Assembly (NCBI GenBank): GCA_964495425.1
Contig: CAZBVG010000002.1
Span: 78,570 to 142,569 of the forward strand
From: an uncultured Candidatus Saccharibacteria bacterium
GTDB taxonomy: Bacteria > Patescibacteriota > Minisyncoccia > Phycocordibacterales > UBA6065
Length of the DNA: 64,000 bases
Direction: 5' to 3'
Positions 1 through 9,615 of the stretch are shown piece by piece. Within the stretch, counting starts at the first letter, position 1, and each line of letters opens with the position of its first letter. The notes below the pieces were generated by a model that saw only the letters and a program-made list of their open reading frames with translations, searched no databases and was not told the origin of the DNA. Position numbers and translations under genes: made by a program.

Positions 1-1529
1 ATTGCAACTCTTTGACGTTGGCCGCCTGAGAGTTGTAACCCGTTTTCGCCAATCAGGGTATCAAAACCCTTTGGCCTGAGTCGTGAGTAAAACTCATCAA
101 TTCTGGACATGGCAGCAAGACTTTCCAGTTCCTCCTGTGTTACCGTATCACCTTTACCGTTAAGTCCGTAGAGGATATTGTAACGAAGAGTGTTGTCCCA
201 CAGTTTCGGCTCTTGATCCACCAAACCAATCATTTCACGCCACCTATCTAGATCTAAATCACGGAGGTTATGACCATCAATCAGAATTTCTCCTTGATCT
301 GGGTCATAGCCCCGTTGCAATAGGTTGATGAGTGTTGACTTACCCGATCCCGAAGGCCCAACCAATGCAACCGTCTCTCCGCGATAAATCTGTAGGTTTA
401 TATTCTGGAGGGCGGTTTGGGTGTCTTCCTTTTTGTCTGATGACTCGTCTTCCTCGGTATCATCACCATTCAATTTGAATTCAGGATATTTAAATGAAAT
501 ATTTCTAAATTCAATTGAATTTCTGAATGAATCAAGCTTAACTGCCCCTGATTTCACTTTAACTGCTGGAGGTAAATCCAACAAATCAAAATATCTGCCC
601 ATGAGGATGAAGTTTCTTACGAGTCGTCTCTGGGTGTTACCAATACTTCCAAGCGCACTGTAACCTAATGCAACCAGACCCATGATAATAATTAGATCCG
701 ATTTACTCAGATCGTTATTCATTACATGAAGCGCTGCAAGCATGAGTATGAATACATGCCCTAAGGCGATAAACGGTTCACGAGTAAAGGTTAGCCTTGT
801 TACATAACCCGACCATATGTCCTTGTGATCGTCACCGTATTCGTTGTACTGGTCTCTGAATTCAGTAACCGCTCGTCTTTCCTGCGCACTTGAGATGACA
901 AGCCTTATGTGTTTGATCATTTCCCAGTAGGAGGTATTGACCTTATTTTCTTTCTTCTTATTAATCTTGATTCGAGGCAATAATTTATTATTGATTCGAA
1001 TACTAGACCAAACATAGAAGCCAATACTTACAAGTGCACAATACCCAATACTGAAATCAATCAAGAATAATGCAATAAGTGTGATAATTATTCTTGCGAC
1101 GGTTGGAATGAAGTCGAGGAAAAATGTGCCAATAAGCTCTCCTATAGCGGACTCACCTTTTTGTAGTGTTTCCTGTTTATATCCGGAGTTCTGATTGATA
1201 ACCTGCCCAATTGAGAATTTAGAAATTCTCTTGATTGTGAGCTGGGAAATATGACACTCTAGATCCGTGACTATCTTCTCAATGTGAATTTTAATGAGTT
1301 GCCAGTCAAACAGTTTTCCACCAAGTATCGCGAGGAGAAGAGCAAAAAGGCTTTGATAAAGATTTGTTAGATCTCCATCATCAACGCTTTTAACAAATTT
1401 TCCTGTGTAATAGGCAAAAATCACTCCCATTGATTGGGTGATTGTAACGAGGAGCGAAATGACCAGGAATGGCCCAAGGAATGGCCGATATATTTCCTTT
1501 ATCTGAGCCATTCGTTTCGATTTAATCAT
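1..1529 (-). CDS. ABC exporter, fused TMD-NBD (MsbA-like), runs off window edge
   Basis: Manual translation from ATG 1529: hydrophobic N-half, Walker A GPSGSGKST near 340-365, signature LSGGQRQRVA at 3-32. Absent from ORF track because truncated. Confidence 0.92.
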   Translation of the reverse strand, partial: MIKSKRMAQIKEIYRPFLGPFLVISLLVTITQSMGVIFAYYTGKFVKSVDDGDLTNLYQSLFALLLAILGGKLFDWQLIKIHIEKIVTDLECHISQLTIKRISKFSIGQVINQNSGYKQETLQKGESAIGELIGTFFLDFIPTVARIIITLIALFLIDFSIGYCALVSIGFYVWSSIRINNKLLPRIKINKKKENKVNTSYWEMIKHIRLVISSAQERRAVTEFRDQYNEYGDDHKDIWSGYVTRLTFTREPFIALGHVFILMLAALHVMNNDLSKSDLIIIMGLVALGYSALGSIGNTQRRLVRNFILMGRYFDLLDLPPAVKVKSGAVKLDSFRNSIEFRNISFKYPEFKLNGDDTEEDESSDKKEDTQTALQNINLQIYRGETVALVGPSGSGKSTLINLLQRGYDPDQGEILIDGHNLRDLDLDRWREMIGLVDQEPKLWDNTLRYNILYGLNGKGDTVTQEELESLAAMSRIDEFYSRLRPKGFDTLIGENGLQLSGGQRQRVA

Positions 1530-1604
1530 AACTTTCCTTTGTGTTGAGGTTGAATTGTGAAAGAACTCTAAAAGTTTCCCTTTAGTCAGCATTCAGCTGA
1601 ATGT

Positions 1605-1634
1605 AAAACATCGTGCTTGTTAGCACGATGTTTT
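1605..1634 (-). terminator. Attenuator terminator upstream of ABC exporter
   Basis: AAAACATCGTGCT-AACA-AGCACGATGTTTT perfect inverted repeat. Confidence 0.8.
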
Positions 1635-1659
1635 AAATACTCGATTGGAGATCAAGTGC

Positions 1660-1773
1660 TTATGACATCGGGCTAAACGCCGCGTATTTGGTATGCGAAA
1701 AAACACAAAGCGACACATCCGCCCATACAGGTGCGGTTGAGTAGATATTTCGTTTGTTGATATGTGTTTTCAT
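1660..1773 (-). CDS. Putative leader peptide, 37 aa, MKTHINKRNIYSTAPVWADVSLCVFSHTKYAAFSPMS
   Basis: Manual translation; follows TTGCGC-17-TACGGT promoter; overlaps alternative hairpins preceding the terminator. Confidence 0.65.
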   Translation of the reverse strand: MKTHINKRNIYSTAPVWADVSLCVFSHTKYAAFSPMS

Positions 1774-1821
1774 TGCTAAAACACCGTAGCACAAGTATGT
1801 GCGAAGCGCAAGTATAAACAA

Positions 1822-2910
1822 TTAGATACCTTCCTTCTTTAGAATTTCAATAGCCTTTTTCGCTTCTTTTGATAGGCGTCGGGGCATCACCACATTTATT
1901 TTTACGAGAATGTCTCCTCTATGTGATTTTGACGCAGGAACACCCTTCCCTTTGACTCTTAAGATCTCGCCGTGGTTAATTCCTTCAGGTATTTTGAGCA
2001 CTATGTCACCATCAAGGGTTTTAAGTACGGTTTCGGTGCCAATAAGGGCATCTGAAAGCTTTACATCAAGCTCCATGATGAGATTGTCTCCCTCCTTAAC
2101 CCAGATCGGGTGTTCTTTGACATGAATTTTTATGTAGAGGTCACCTGACTGTCCGCCGGAAACAGCTTCACCGGCACCAGAAAGGCGCACCATTTCACCA
2201 TCATTGATTCCAGCAGGAATCTTTACTTTGAGCTCCTGATTTCTGCGATGTATACCTGAGCCCTTACATACAGGGCATTTTTCTTCAGGCTCTTTTCCTG
2301 TGCCGTGACAGGTCTCGCAGGTGCGGGTCGCTTGGAACGAACCAATGATCGATCTTTTAATTTCCGTGACCTTACCTTTTCCATTACAGGTATGGCATGT
2401 TCGAAGTTTCGAACCCTTCTTTGCGCCATTGCCACCACACTCTTCACAGGCAGATGTTTTGTTTATAACAATAAGTTTTTCAACACCGAATACTGATTCT
2501 TCAAACGAAATTTGAAGATCAACAGAAATATCTGATCCACGTTTTGTTCGCTGTCGTCCGCCTCCGCCAAAAATATCGCCAAATATGCTACCGAGATCGA
2601 ACTCTACTCCACCATTACCAAATCCTCCCTGGAATCCAGAAAAATCAAAACCAAAGTCATTTGGATTAAATCCCCCCTGTCCTCCAAAGCCACCCATGTT
2701 TGGTCCTGCAGAGCCAAACTGATCATATTGAGCGCGTTTTTTCTCGTCGCCCAAAACAGAGTAGGCCTCGTTTGCCTCTTTAAACTTTGCATCGTTTCCA
2801 CCCTGCTTATCTGGGTGGTGTTCATGCGCAAGCTTTCGAAACGCCTTTTTTATCTCGTCTTGAGACGCGTTTTTATCGATACCGAGGATTTTGTAATAGT
2901 CTTTTGACAT
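1822..2910 (-). CDS. dnaJ: Chaperone DnaJ
   Basis: J-domain HPD, G/F region, four CxxCxGxG repeats; start set at MSKDYY. Confidence 0.97.
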   Translation of the reverse strand: MSKDYYKILGIDKNASQDEIKKAFRKLAHEHHPDKQGGNDAKFKEANEAYSVLGDEKKRAQYDQFGSAGPNMGGFGGQGGFNPNDFGFDFSGFQGGFGNGGVEFDLGSIFGDIFGGGGRQRTKRGSDISVDLQISFEESVFGVEKLIVINKTSACEECGGNGAKKGSKLRTCHTCNGKGKVTEIKRSIIGSFQATRTCETCHGTGKEPEEKCPVCKGSGIHRRNQELKVKIPAGINDGEMVRLSGAGEAVSGGQSGDLYIKIHVKEHPIWVKEGDNLIMELDVKLSDALIGTETVLKTLDGDIVLKIPEGINHGEILRVKGKGVPASKSHRGDILVKINVVMPRRLSKEAKKAIEILKKEGI

Positions 2911-2999
2911 TGTTGATGGCACTAATAGTCATGGTAAGCCTGTCCGCACATTTCAACTTAGTAATGTAAGTTATTCTGACTAACATGTTACTTCTCTCC

Positions 3000-3056
3000 A
3001 AGCAGACACCATTCTCCCCACGATTCATAAGATCATGGAGAGTAGGTCGTCTGCTT
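3000..3056 (-). other. Long RNA hairpin in dnaK-dnaJ spacer
   Basis: AAGCAGAC/GTCTGCTT and CTCTCCATGAT/ATCGTGGGGAG; G-U pairs work only on minus strand. Confidence 0.65.
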
Positions 3057-3134
3057 TTCTTTATCCCCACTGGGATACGCACATCTTTAAGGTACTAGTC
3101 GGATTCCCGCAACCAACGGCGCGCGCCGTATCCA

Positions 3135-5030
3135 TTATTTCTTTTCAGTGTATTCTGCATCCTTCACATTTCCGTCTGCGCCATCTTTCTTTTCAGTTTG
3201 CGCGCCGCCGGTCTGTCCAGCTTGCTGCTGATTTTTCATCATCGCCTCACCGATCTTCTGCATAGATGCTGAAAGAGCTTCAGTCGCCTTTTTGATTGCT
3301 TCAACATCATTGCCATCCTTCACTTTTTTAAGATCAGCAACTTTTGCTTCAACATCCGATTTAATATCAGAAGTGATCTTATCGCCAGCATCCTTAACTG
3401 ACTTTTCTGCTGTATAAATCATTTGCTCTGCAACATTTTTTGCTTCTGCCTCAGCCTTTTTCTTTTCGTCTTCAGCAGCGTTTACTTCAGCATCTTTTTT
3501 CATGCGCTCAATATCTTCTTTTGAAAGACCTGATGAGCCTTGAATCTTGATTGACTGTTCCTTGCCCGTAGACTTTTCTTTCGCTTTTACGTTGAGGATT
3601 CCGTTTGCATCAATGTCAAAGGTAACTTCAACCTGTGGAACGCCGCGAGGTGCTGGTGGAATACCATCGAGAATAAATCGTCCAAGCGATTTGTTATCTC
3701 GGGCCATTGCTCGATCACCTTGAACCACATGAATTTCTACTGATGTTTGGTTATCTGCTGCAGTTGAGAAAATCTGTGATTTTGACGCAGGAATAGTGGT
3801 GTTCTTTTCAATAAGTTTTGTTGCCACGTTACCCATTGTCTCGATACCGAATGAGAGCGGAATAACATCGAGAAGAAGCACGTCTTTGACATCACCCTTG
3901 AGCACTCCACCCTGGATAGCCGCACCAATAGCAACTACTTCATCAGGATTTACGCCCATGTGAGGCTTCTTCTTAAAGTAGTCCTCTACAGCCTTCTGCA
4001 TTGCAGGCATTCGTGTCTGACCTCCCACGAGAATCACTTCATTGATATCAGCGATCTTGAATGGAGATGCTTCCATTGCTCGTTTGGTGATTTCCATCGC
4101 ACGAGTGATGAATTCAGAGGTAAGTTCTTCGAGCTTTGCTCGTGTCATTTTCTTCACGAGATGGAGTGGACCATCTGATCCGACAGAAATAAATGGAATA
4201 TTGATTTCTGTTTCAACTGCCGTTGAAAGTTCAATTTTTGCTTTTTCTGCTGCATCATCAAGTCGCTGCTTTGCGAGCGCATCCTTACGGAGATCTATGC
4301 CATTTTCCTTCTGGAAATCGTCTGCAAGCCAGTTAATGATTTTCTGATCGATATCCTTACCTCCCAAATGCGCGTCACCATCGGTTGATCGAACTTCAAC
4401 TACACCTTCACCAACTTCAAGCACGGAAATATCGAATGTACCTCCACCGAAGTCAAAGACAACGATCTTTTCATCCTTCTGCTTGTTAAAGCCGTATGCA
4501 AGCGCTGCGGCAGTCGGTTCGTTGATAATTCGCTTTACATCGAGCCCTGCGATCTTACCAGCATCCTTTGTTGCCTGTCTCTGTGAATCGTTAAAGTATG
4601 CGGGTACAGTAATAACCGCTTCGGTAACTGGTTCACCGAGTCGAGCTTCTGCGTCTGCCTTAAGCTTGGCAAGAATCATTGCAGAAATTTCCTCTGGGCG
4701 ATACCACTTATCACCCATTTTTACTTCTACACCTCCGTTATCAGACTTTCGGGTTTTAAACGGAACTGCTTTCGCATCTTTCTGAACAGATGTTTCATCG
4801 AAGTTGTGTCCAATGAATCGCTTGATCTGGAAGATCGTATTTTTTGGATTTGTAACTGACTGACGCTTGGCAATAACGCCAACTACGCGTTCCTTGGTCT
4901 TTGTTTCTGCAACAATAGACGGAGTTGTGCGCATACCCTCAGCGTTTTCGAGGATCTTTGCTTCGCCGACCTCCATGACGGCTACAGCTGAGTTTGTGGT
5001 ACCGAGATCGATACCAATAATTTTAGACAT
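3135..5030 (-). CDS. dnaK: Chaperone DnaK
   Basis: [17 protein letters not shown], full Hsp70 sequence. Confidence 0.99.
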   Translation of the reverse strand: MSKIIGIDLGTTNSAVAVMEVGEAKILENAEGMRTTPSIVAETKTKERVVGVIAKRQSVTNPKNTIFQIKRFIGHNFDETSVQKDAKAVPFKTRKSDNGGVEVKMGDKWYRPEEISAMILAKLKADAEARLGEPVTEAVITVPAYFNDSQRQATKDAGKIAGLDVKRIINEPTAAALAYGFNKQKDEKIVVFDFGGGTFDISVLEVGEGVVEVRSTDGDAHLGGKDIDQKIINWLADDFQKENGIDLRKDALAKQRLDDAAEKAKIELSTAVETEINIPFISVGSDGPLHLVKKMTRAKLEELTSEFITRAMEITKRAMEASPFKIADINEVILVGGQTRMPAMQKAVEDYFKKKPHMGVNPDEVVAIGAAIQGGVLKGDVKDVLLLDVIPLSFGIETMGNVATKLIEKNTTIPASKSQIFSTAADNQTSVEIHVVQGDRAMARDNKSLGRFILDGIPPAPRGVPQVEVTFDIDANGILNVKAKEKSTGKEQSIKIQGSSGLSKEDIERMKKDAEVNAAEDEKKKAEAEAKNVAEQMIYTAEKSVKDAGDKITSDIKSDVEAKVADLKKVKDGNDVEAIKKATEALSASMQKIGEAMMKNQQQAGQTGGAQTEKKDGADGNVKDAEYTEKK

Positions 5031-5068
5031 GTGTAAATAACGTTAAATAAATCGAATAATTAGACGAT

Positions 5069-5371
5069 TTATCGAACGCTTGGAGCGCGAGCTAGTTGAT
5101 TTACAAGGAAATCAAGCGAGAAATAGTGAGAGATTTTCTCGAACGGAGAAACGATAGGAGCACAGGCAATACAGACTTTTCGAGCACCTTCAAGAAGGAG
5201 CGGTTTCGCCTCAGATTCTGCCTGTGGGACTTCGATAGGTTTGGTACCGAGGAAACGGACGTCGAGAACGCCGTTTATGTCCATAACGGCAAAATATGCA
5301 CACACGAGTTCACCAGAAGCCAGGGTGACTTCCTTTGTGACGATATGAACCTGTGGTTTGGTAATTAGCAT
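5069..5371 (-). CDS. Hypothetical 100-aa protein ending LARAPSVR, directly upstream of dnaK
   Basis: Fills grpE-dnaK gap; own promoter TTGACT-17-TATATA at 5386-5414. Confidence 0.7.
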   Translation of the reverse strand: MLITKPQVHIVTKEVTLASGELVCAYFAVMDINGVLDVRFLGTKPIEVPQAESEAKPLLLEGARKVCIACAPIVSPFEKISHYFSLDFLVNQLARAPSVR

Positions 5372-5428
5372 GATCTTGTCGTAATTATATACCTTCGCCT
5401 ACACGGCGAGTCAAGTATAGTACGTCGC

Positions 5429-5962
5429 CTATTGAGCAGTTTGTTCCCCTACGATAACCTTTGCTGGTTTGATAAGTTTGGTGCCGAGTGTATACCCCTT
5501 TTCAATTACCTTTACCACTTTGTTGCCCTTAGTTGGATCCTCAACTTTTTCAAATGAAAGAGCTTCGTGGGTGTTTGGGTCAAAGTCCTTATCGAGAGGA
5601 TTAAGTTCCTTGAGGCCGTTTTGGTCAAGAATTGCTTTAAGTTGGTTATAAATATATTCGATACCCGCTCGCCAGTTTTTGTCTGCTTTCTCCCACGCCT
5701 CCTTGTTCGCAAAGGCCATTTCAAAGCTCTGTAGGACCGGTAAAAGCTCTTCTACGAGGCCTTCTGTGGCCATGGTGCGGTATTCCTTCATAGATTCGTC
5801 CATGCGCTTCTTGGCATTGGCAAAATCAGCCTTAGCACGCTGCCAGCCGGCAAGGTATTCATCGCGCTCAGACGTGAGCTTTTCAACCTCCTTTCGGAGA
5901 TTTTCAACTTCTACGGTGCTTATAGTCTCAGGTGTCTTGTTTTCTTTCTCGTTTTTTTCCAT
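5429..5962 (-). CDS. grpE: Nucleotide exchange factor GrpE
   Basis: RAKADFAN, FDPNTHEA, KGY..IKPAKV motifs. Confidence 0.96.
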   Translation of the reverse strand: MEKNEKENKTPETISTVEVENLRKEVEKLTSERDEYLAGWQRAKADFANAKKRMDESMKEYRTMATEGLVEELLPVLQSFEMAFANKEAWEKADKNWRAGIEYIYNQLKAILDQNGLKELNPLDKDFDPNTHEALSFEKVEDPTKGNKVVKVIEKGYTLGTKLIKPAKVIVGEQTAQ

Positions 5963-6039
5963 GTTTTTCTATACTAACATTTTTACCAAATTCATGAGGT
6001 TGACGGCAAGTTCTTTGTATTTTAAAGTCTCACAAGATT

Positions 6040-6303
6040 ATGAACTCATCTGACACAACGTTTGAAGCGATCATTCATTACTTTGGACCCAACCTCTCCC
6101 CTGATCTCCTTAAAGAGCGGGTCAAGCTGAGAGCTGGTACCGAAGAAATGGCTGAAAATGAAATCAAGGAGTTGGTACAAGGAAAGCGTCGAGACCTCCG
6201 TCGCAGTGGATTAAACAAGGACATCGATCGTGTGGAGGTAATACGGGTATCCCGCGTTTCAATTTTCAAGCTTCTTCCGAGCGGTTCGCTCCGTCTCGTG
6301 TAG
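6040..6303 (+). CDS. Orphan hypothetical protein, 87 aa
   Basis: Fills gap; TTGACG-17-TAAAGT promoter upstream and terminator downstream. Confidence 0.6.
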   Translation: MNSSDTTFEAIIHYFGPNLSPDLLKERVKLRAGTEEMAENEIKELVQGKRRDLRRSGLNKDIDRVEVIRVSRVSIFKLLPSGSLRLV

Positions 6304-6309
6304 AAAGCG

Positions 6310-6339
6310 AAAGCACCCATACTCGGGTGCTTTTTTCTT
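6310..6339. terminator. Intrinsic terminator between convergent genes
   Basis: AAAGCACCC-ATACTC-GGGTGCTTT followed by T-run. Confidence 0.8.
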
Positions 6340-6750
6340 TTATCGCTTTGACCACTGTGGAGACTTTCGAGCTTTCTTGAGACCGAACTTTCGTCGTTCC
6401 TTTGCTCGTGGATCTCGCTTGAGGAAGCCGAGTTTTTTTAATTTCTTTCGAAGTTCAATATCGTATTCGAGAAGAGATCGTGAGATAGCATGTCGGAGTG
6501 CTTCTGCTTGTGAATGAATACCACCACCAGAGAGCTGAGCGCTCACCTTAAACTTCTGAGCGATCTTTGACTCAGCAAATGCTGCTTCCGCGATCATAAC
6601 AAGCTCAGGAGTTGCAAAATATGCAGTATGCTCCTTATCATTTACGATAATTGATTGCTTTGTTGCAGGAGTAATTCGTGCGCGAGCAACAGCGGTCTTT
6701 CGTCGACCTACTGCCTCAAAATATTTTGTTTTTGTATCTGCTGTTGTCAT
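6340..6750 (-). CDS. rpsI: Ribosomal protein S9
   Basis: GRRKTAVAR, KKARKSPQWSKR. Confidence 0.98.
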   Translation of the reverse strand: MTTADTKTKYFEAVGRRKTAVARARITPATKQSIIVNDKEHTAYFATPELVMIAEAAFAESKIAQKFKVSAQLSGGGIHSQAEALRHAISRSLLEYDIELRKKLKKLGFLKRDPRAKERRKFGLKKARKSPQWSKR

Positions 6751-6755
6751 GTAAA

Positions 6756-7106
6756 TTATTCGGTTACTACCAAGTTCTTGAGCATCTGAGCCTGGAGCTT
6801 GTTCTTTGGGAGCATGCCCTTGATAGCAATTCGGAATGCCTCGCTCACGCCCTTCTTCTCAATCATGCGCTTGAGTGATGTATCAATAAGACCACCTGGG
6901 TAGCCAGTGTATCGTCTGTAGATTTTCTCGTCCTTTTTCTTTTCGGTGATGTCAGCCTTGCCAGCGTTAATGATGCGAACTTCAACATCTGCTACAACGT
7001 TAGGAGCATAAGCAGTTGAGTTCTTGCCCATGAGAATTTTAGCGGCCTCAGTTGAGACTCGTCCGATTTTCTTTGCCTGTGCGTCGATGGTGTGAATCTT
7101 TTTCAT
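6756..7106 (-). CDS. rplM: Ribosomal protein L13 (short)
   Basis: IDA..GR, YTGYPGG, GMLPKNKL. Confidence 0.96.
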   Translation of the reverse strand: MKKIHTIDAQAKKIGRVSTEAAKILMGKNSTAYAPNVVADVEVRIINAGKADITEKKKDEKIYRRYTGYPGGLIDTSLKRMIEKKGVSEAFRIAIKGMLPKNKLQAQMLKNLVVTE

Positions 7107-7110
7107 GGGT

Positions 7111-7464
7111 TTACTTTACAAACTGGATATGTGCCATCTTTGCTCCGTCTGATTTTCGGAGAGGAAGTTTAACAACACGTGTATAACCACCAGTTCGTGT
7201 TTTAAATGTTGGCGCGATGACGTCAACAAGCTTCTTTGCAGCTTTAACATCGCCAATTTCAGAAATAATATTTCGTCGAGCAGCGAGTGTATTGAGGCGA
7301 GCCTTAGTTACCATAGGTTCGATGAACTTTCGGAGTTCTTTTGCCTTAGCTTCAGTTGTAGTGATACCTTCATGGATCACGAGAGAACGCAAAAGTGACT
7401 TAATGAGCGCTTGTCGCTGCCCTTTTTCGCGTCCGAGTACTCTAAATTTTTCGTGATGTCGCAT
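7111..7464 (-). CDS. rplQ: Ribosomal protein L17
   Basis: MRH.., ITTTEAKAKE, GGYTRV. Confidence 0.97.
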   Translation of the reverse strand: MRHHEKFRVLGREKGQRQALIKSLLRSLVIHEGITTTEAKAKELRKFIEPMVTKARLNTLAARRNIISEIGDVKAAKKLVDVIAPTFKTRTGGYTRVVKLPLRKSDGAKMAHIQFVK

Positions 7465-7519
7465 GGGTGTGTTGGAGACCTAGATTAACCGTTTTGAGTG
7501 ATTTTGTCTAGTTTTAAAC

Positions 7520-8482
7520 TTATTTAAGGGTTATACCGAACTCTGAAAGCGCCTTTCGGATTTCCTGGATACCTTTTGGTCCAAGTCCTTCAACGTTTTC
7601 AATATCAATTTCCTTCTTTCGAACAAGACCGCCCACTGTTCGAATATTTGCATTAGCGAGAGCGTTTGATGTTCGCTGAGAAAGACCAAGAGTCTCGATT
7701 CGAGTCTTGAGGAACTCAGTATCAAGTTCCTTCTTCTCGCCTGCAGGTTCTGTAGCCTTTTCCTCAGATTTTGTAACTACTGGCTCTTCCTCCTTAAAGC
7801 CAACGATAGCCTTAAGCTGGTTGATCATAGTTGCAATAGACTTTTCGAGAGCTTCATGAGGAGTCATGGTGCCATCAGTTTCGATGGTGATCTTCAATCG
7901 GTTGAAATCAGTTCGATCTCCAACTCGCATGTTCTCAACTTCATAATTTACCTTTCGGATAGGTGTGAATGTTGCATCGAGAGCGATCGTACCAATGTCT
8001 ACGCGTTCCTTCTGGAGAACATCCTTTGAGACGTAGCCGAGACCTCGAGCTACAGTCATTTCGATATCAAGCTCCGTGTTCTTATCTGTGATAGATGCAA
8101 TATGGAGATCAGGATTGAGAATTTCAACCTGGCCAGGAACCTTAATATCTGATGCCTGTACATCTTTTACACCCTTGATCTTGAAAGAAAGAGTCTGTGA
8201 CTCTTCAGTAAGCATCTTGATTCGAAGTCGCTTGAGGTTGAGGATAAGAGTAATAACATCTTCCTTAACCCCTGCAATAGTTGAAAATTCGTGGCTTACA
8301 CCAGCGATTTTTACATGGGTAACTGCAGCACCTGGAAGTGATGAGAGGATGATTCGTCGAAGACTGTTTCCAAGTGTGTGTCCGTAACCTGGGTAAAGGC
8401 CGTCGATTTCGTATACGCCCAAGAAATCCTTTTCAAGGACTACTTTTGGCTTTGATGGGAGCACTACGTTTTGGTCTGTCAT
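7520..8482 (-). CDS. rpoA: RNA polymerase alpha subunit
   Basis: GYGHTLGNSLRRIILSSLPG, HEFSTI. Confidence 0.98.
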   Translation of the reverse strand: MTDQNVVLPSKPKVVLEKDFLGVYEIDGLYPGYGHTLGNSLRRIILSSLPGAAVTHVKIAGVSHEFSTIAGVKEDVITLILNLKRLRIKMLTEESQTLSFKIKGVKDVQASDIKVPGQVEILNPDLHIASITDKNTELDIEMTVARGLGYVSKDVLQKERVDIGTIALDATFTPIRKVNYEVENMRVGDRTDFNRLKITIETDGTMTPHEALEKSIATMINQLKAIVGFKEEEPVVTKSEEKATEPAGEKKELDTEFLKTRIETLGLSQRTSNALANANIRTVGGLVRKKEIDIENVEGLGPKGIQEIRKALSEFGITLK

Positions 8483-8531
8483 ATATTTTTTATTAAACTC
8501 GTTATTATTATCCTCTTAAATACTTCACGAA

Positions 8532-9137
8532 TTATCGGCTGTAGAACTCAATCACCTGGCCAAGATTAAACAAGTGTTCTGATGGTGTGTACTTCGGACT
8601 ACCTTCAACAGTCGCAACTTTCTTATCAGCATCATAGGAGAGCCATGATGGAAACTGAGTTTTCTTGAGTTTTTCATCGAGATCCTTAAAGAGAGTGCTC
8701 TTTTGGCTTGCGATTCGAATAGAAACCTTGTCACCCATCGAAAGATTGTATGAAGGAACGTTGGTTCGCTTTCCGTTTACAAGAATGTGACCATGAGCAG
8801 TCATCTGTCGAGCCGCCTGACGAGTTGAAGCGAGACCGAGTCGATACACAACGTTATCAAGTCGTGTTTCAAGTCGTTCAAAGAGTGCTTGGACCGTATT
8901 TACACCCTTCTTTGCCACTGATTCCTTAACGTACTTCTTGAACTGTCGCTCACCTACTCCGTATGAGAAGCGCACCTTCTGCTTTTCGAGCATAGCGGTA
9001 GCAAAATCACCCTTTGGGCGATATGGTCCCTTGCCGCCCTTTCGCTCCTGGCGAAGTGCGAACTTCTGGGTCTGCGTCTTCTCGAAGATGTTTGCTCCGA
9101 GTCGTCGCGCTATCTTATATTTTGGTCCAATTATCAT
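8532..9137 (-). CDS. rpsD: Ribosomal protein S4
   Basis: LETRLDNVVYRLG, IEFYSR. Confidence 0.98.
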   Translation of the reverse strand: MIIGPKYKIARRLGANIFEKTQTQKFALRQERKGGKGPYRPKGDFATAMLEKQKVRFSYGVGERQFKKYVKESVAKKGVNTVQALFERLETRLDNVVYRLGLASTRQAARQMTAHGHILVNGKRTNVPSYNLSMGDKVSIRIASQKSTLFKDLDEKLKKTQFPSWLSYDADKKVATVEGSPKYTPSEHLFNLGQVIEFYSR

Positions 9138-9154
9138 AAATGATTATTAAAATG

Positions 9155-9586
9155 TTATACTCGTCGCGGCTTTTTTGGGCGAGGTCCATTAAATGGCACC
9201 GGAGTTACATCCTTGATACCAGAGATGCTGATACCCTTTGTAATGAAGCTTCGAACTGCTGATTCTCGGCCTGATCCTACGCCCTTAATAATTGCCTGAA
9301 CCTCCTTTACTCCCATGAGCTTTGCCTTATCAGCAAGAACTTCACCAACTTTTGCTGCTGCGAAGGGAGTACCCTTTTTTGCACCCTTGAAACCAAGTGC
9401 GCCCGCTGAAGATGCTGCGAGAGCATTACCTTTTGCGTCAGTAAGAAGGCACATAGTGTTGTTATATGTAGACTGAACAAAGAGGATGCCTGCATCCACT
9501 TTCTTCTTAGGTGCCTTTGCAACTGGAGCTGTCTCCTTTTTTGCATCAACCTTCTTTTCTTCTGCTTTTACTTTTTTCTCGGCCAT
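9155..9586 (-). CDS. rpsK: Ribosomal protein S11
   Basis: STYNNT, TPFAA, DVTPVPFNGPRP. Confidence 0.98.
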   Translation of the reverse strand: MAEKKVKAEEKKVDAKKETAPVAKAPKKKVDAGILFVQSTYNNTMCLLTDAKGNALAASSAGALGFKGAKKGTPFAAAKVGEVLADKAKLMGVKEVQAIIKGVGSGRESAVRSFITKGISISGIKDVTPVPFNGPRPKKPRRV

Positions 9587-9615
9587 ATGTATTGTGGTAA
9601 TTGTGTGATTATGGA

